The translations under genes were made by a program, and so were the position numbers. The notes beneath the pieces are model-generated. The model searched no databases. It was not told the origin of the DNA and saw only the letters and a list, made by a program, of their open reading frames with translations. A stretch of DNA of 64,000 nt from Macrostomum hystrix. Its lineage: Eukaryota > Animalia > Platyhelminthes. Below, piece after piece: positions 61,000-64,000 of this stretch; positions within the stretch are counted from its first letter, which is position 1, and every line of letters starts with the position of its first letter. The DNA is taken from NCBI GenBank assembly GCA_950097015.1, contig CATNEN010000007.1:13268001-13332000 (forward strand), written 5' to 3'.

Positions 61000-63900
61000 A
61001 TGACTAGTGCTAGCATGTTTCTTATTCGTGCTTTGCAGAAGATTCTTAGTGAGAAAGAAATTCGTCGTAGTCACAATAGCAAGCTAAGAGAACTATGTGA
61101 GAGCACCCTTAAAGAATTAAAGGCAAGAGAGCAGAGCAACAATAAATCGCCAGAAAATTCCGTTCTGCCACCACTCAAGTCTGACAGCAACGTTCTCCTA
61201 GAAAATGAAAAATACCTTATACCATTTGAGCAAGCTTGTCACTCAAAATCAGCTCAAATTGTCATAGCGTCGCTCGATTGTCTGCAAAAGCTGATTGCTT
61301 ATGGCCATATTCCTAACAGATTAGTGGCCGATGGTAGTGGCAGGAAGTTAATTGAAAGAATTACTGAACTTATAACGTCATGCTTTCATGGACCTGAAAC
61401 TGATGAAGGTGTTCAGCTTCAAGTTATCAAGGTTTTGCTGACTGTGATGACAGCCCAGGATGTCGAGGTGCACGAAGGATATGTACTAAAAATTGTTCGC
61501 ACGTGCTGCAATATTTATCTTGTTAGTAAAAGCAGCATCAACCAAGCAACTGCGAAGGCCACTTTAACACAAATGCTAAATGACATATTTTCTCGGATGG
61601 AAAACAAGATTATTGAAGCTTCTACTGCCATCGAGGAGGAAGTCGATGCCTCTACCACAAAAGAGAAGCAAAGTACACCAGAGATAAGCAACTTTGAAGC
61701 CACTGGTGAACGTACTCTCATTGAGGGCATTGAGGCTAATGGCACTAGTACTGAAGCACTTGATAAGCAGACTACAGCAGCCATTATTCGTGGAATTCTC
61801 GATGAAATAATTGATAAAGCTGATGCAGCTGCTAGTAGTGTACAAAATGGCGAGTCGGTAGTTTCTGCTGAAGATTCCGAAAAGGAGTCAACTTCAGCCA
61901 GTCTACCAGAAGATGATGGAAGTTCTAAAGGAGAACTGGGAAAGGTTCCGTCGCGCTCCGAGTCTAGTCTACCTACTGAACTGAAGGATGGTGTAGAGGA
62001 CATTTCTAGTTTGTCTTATTCACACGTATCTCAGAAGGATGCTTTCTTAGTATTTCGTAGCCTCTGTAAGCTTTCAATGAAGCCACTTCCTGACGGTCAT
62101 CCTGACCCAAAGTCGCACGAATTGCGGTCAAAGATTCTGGCGCTTGAATTGCTTTTAAGCATTCTTCAGAACCCTGGCCCGGTATTTAAGACCAATGAAA
62201 CATTTATCAATGCAATAAAACAGTACCTTTGCGTCGCTTTGTCTAGAAATGGTGTTTCTTCAGTTCAGGAAGTCTTCGAACTATCGTGTGCTATATTTCT
62301 ATCTCTGCTGTCCCACTTCAAGCAGCATCTAAAGCCTCAGATCGAAGTCTTTTTTAAGGATATTTTCCTCTACATTCTCGAAAATCAAAGTAGCTCTTTT
62401 GGTCATAAGTGGATTATTGTTCAGATTATGGCAAGAATTTGTTCAGACGCTCAGTGTGTCGTTGACTTGTATCTAAACTACGACTGTGAGATGAACTCCG
62501 CCAACGTCTTTGAACGTTTAGTCAAGGACTTGGCAAAAGCTGCCCAAGGTACCCATGCAAAGGAGCTTGGCTGTACGCCGGTGCAAGAAAAGCAGATGCG
62601 AACGAAGTCTTTAGAGTGCTTAGTTTCAATTCTTAAATGCATGATGGAGTGGAGTCGCGACCTATATCACAATCCACATAATCATAGCAATTTAAATGTT
62701 ATCGAGTACCATAAAACGGAGCCTCTGCCACCAGGAACTGATGTTAACGCTAGCACACTAGGTACGCATTCGCGTGAAAGTTCCAATTCACTGTCATCCT
62801 TGCCAGGAACTAGCAATGTGTCTACTGCAGGCGAATTAGTGGATCACTTCGAGGTCCGAAAGCAACAGAAGGAGATGGTTGAAACTGGAATAGCACTTTT
62901 CAACAAAAAACCCTTAAAAGGAATCAGGTATCTACAGGAAAGCAAACTGCTTGGTCCAACAGTTGAAGACGTTGCTGACTTTTTGCGTGCTGAAGAACGG
63001 CTAGATCAAGCAGTTCTTGGTGACTTCCTAAGCGACAATGATGACTACAGCAGACAAGTAATGTATGCGTACGTTGATCAACAGAACTTCGAAAACATGG
63101 ACTTTGTTTCCGCCCTTCGAAAGTTTCTGGAGTCGTTTCGACTTCCTGGAGAGGCACAAAAGATTGATCGTCTCGTTGAGAAGTTTGCATCGCGCTACTT
63201 CGAGTGCAATCAGAACAACACAATTTTCTCAAGTGCTGATGCTGCTTATGTCTTAGCATATTCAATCATTATGCTCACTACTGATCTTCACAGCTCACAG
63301 ATCAAAGCGCATAACAAAATGTCAAAGGAAAGTTACATCAAAATGAATCGTGGTATCAACGACACCCGCGATTTGCCTGAGGAATATTTAAGCAAGATTT
63401 ATGACGAGATTCGAGGCAAGAAGATTGATATGAAGACTACATCCGCTTCGACTAGGCCTAAGCCAAAAGTGCCTGCTCAAGTTCCAACTTCTGAAAGGCA
63501 GCGAAAAATGATATTTTACATGGAAATGGAGCAAATGGCAAAAGCTGCCAAAGAACTGATGGAGAACGTCAGTCATCTACCTTCTGATTTCACGAGTGCG
63601 ACAAATGTAGAGCTCACACGCCCAATGTTCAAAATTGTTTGGACTCCTTTTCTTGCTGCATTCAGTGTCGGTCTGCAAGATAGTGACGATCACGATATTT
63701 CTGCACTTTGCCTTGAAGGCATTCGAAGCGCTATTAGAATCGCATGTATATTTTACATGGAACTGGAACGCGATGCCTACGTTCAAGCTTTGTCCCGGTT
63801 CACCTTTTTGACGGCTAATAGCATAACAGAAATGAAAGCGAAAAACATCGATACCATCAAGACTTTAATCACTGTCGCAAATACTGACGGAAATTACCTA

Positions 63901-64000
63901 GGTAGATCATGGCTCGAAATTCTTCGTTGCATTAGCACACTTGAACTTGCACAACTAATCGGCAGTGGTGTGAAGTCGCAATTTATCACAGGATCTTCTG
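61000..64000 (+). CDS. ARFGEF1: Brefeldin A-inhibited Arf-GEF (BIG1/BIG2, Sec71-like), 5' part; continues beyond the window and is absent from the ORF track
   Basis: ATG 61000 gives [28 protein letters not shown] ([11 protein letters not shown]), [20 protein letters not shown] box YLNYDC, Sec7 [12 protein letters not shown] with the catalytic Glu, and HDS1 region. Reads open for ~1000 codons. BIG1 versus BIG2 cannot be resolved. Confidence 0.96.
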   Translation, partial: MTSASMFLIRALQKILSEKEIRRSHNSKLRELCESTLKELKAREQSNNKSPENSVLPPLKSDSNVLLENEKYLIPFEQACHSKSAQIVIASLDCLQKLIAYGHIPNRLVADGSGRKLIERITELITSCFHGPETDEGVQLQVIKVLLTVMTAQDVEVHEGYVLKIVRTCCNIYLVSKSSINQATAKATLTQMLNDIFSRMENKIIEASTAIEEEVDASTTKEKQSTPEISNFEATGERTLIEGIEANGTSTEALDKQTTAAIIRGILDEIIDKADAAASSVQNGESVVSAEDSEKESTSASLPEDDGSSKGELGKVPSRSESSLPTELKDGVEDISSLSYSHVSQKDAFLVFRSLCKLSMKPLPDGHPDPKSHELRSKILALELLLSILQNPGPVFKTNETFINAIKQYLCVALSRNGVSSVQEVFELSCAIFLSLLSHFKQHLKPQIEVFFKDIFLYILENQSSSFGHKWIIVQIMARICSDAQCVVDLYLNYDCEMNSANVFERLVKDLAKAAQGTHAKELGCTPVQEKQMRTKSLECLVSILKCMMEWSRDLYHNPHNHSNLNVIEYHKTEPLPPGTDVNASTLGTHSRESSNSLSSLPGTSNVSTAGELVDHFEVRKQQKEMVETGIALFNKKPLKGIRYLQESKLLGPTVEDVADFLRAEERLDQAVLGDFLSDNDDYSRQVMYAYVDQQNFENMDFVSALRKFLESFRLPGEAQKIDRLVEKFASRYFECNQNNTIFSSADAAYVLAYSIIMLTTDLHSSQIKAHNKMSKESYIKMNRGINDTRDLPEEYLSKIYDEIRGKKIDMKTTSASTRPKPKVPAQVPTSERQRKMIFYMEMEQMAKAAKELMENVSHLPSDFTSATNVELTRPMFKIVWTPFLAAFSVGLQDSDDHDISALCLEGIRSAIRIACIFYMELERDAYVQALSRFTFLTANSITEMKAKNIDTIKTLITVANTDGNYLGRSWLEILRCISTLELAQLIGSGVKSQFITGSS

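Noticed and set aside
61515-63786. Minus-strand ORFs over the Arf-GEF exon (likewise antisense ORFs over the syd-1, CNT and formin exons)
   Set aside because: Antisense shadows of the real coding frame.

Overview
Eukaryotic (metazoan, invertebrate-type) genomic DNA with spliceosomal introns. The GC-rich exons, polyQ tracts and many minisatellites are compatible with a free-living flatworm such as Macrostomum, but the organism is my inference only. Four protein-coding genes can be reconstructed by eye. (1) SYD-1/RhoGAP100F-type PDZ-C2-RhoGAP gene, minus strand, join(10126-8857, 6290-5067, 4664-4504, 2973-2760, 1137-911), ~1031 aa. (2) SLC28/CNT concentrative nucleoside transporter, minus strand, 7 coding exons 30478-27332, ~680 aa, followed by a truncated paralogous pseudogene (25419-24716). 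(3) FMNL/FRL-type formin, minus strand, 6 coding exons 49478-39248, ~1027 aa. (4) The first ~1000 codons of a BIG1/BIG2-type Sec7 Arf-GEF, plus strand, 61000 to the window end, divergent from the formin. The rest is transposon debris (RTE and other LINE fragments, BEL/Pao, a dead hAT transposase, three non-autonomous TIR elements with intact TIRs and TSDs) and tandem arrays of 20, 24, 30, 39, 47, 51 and 90 bp. Best leads: a near-perfect exon copy beside a strongly diverged exon in the CNT pseudogene (gene conversion signature); heavy enrichment of TA-CGAG/CTCG-TA words that look like mariner excision footprints; a CpG desert on both sides of a CpG-retaining putative bidirectional promoter; a GC-AG intron and a C-terminal PDZ ligand in SYD-1. 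I found no CRISPR array, rRNA or intact tRNA, and no convincing wholly new system. All exon models are manual and need RNA-seq.
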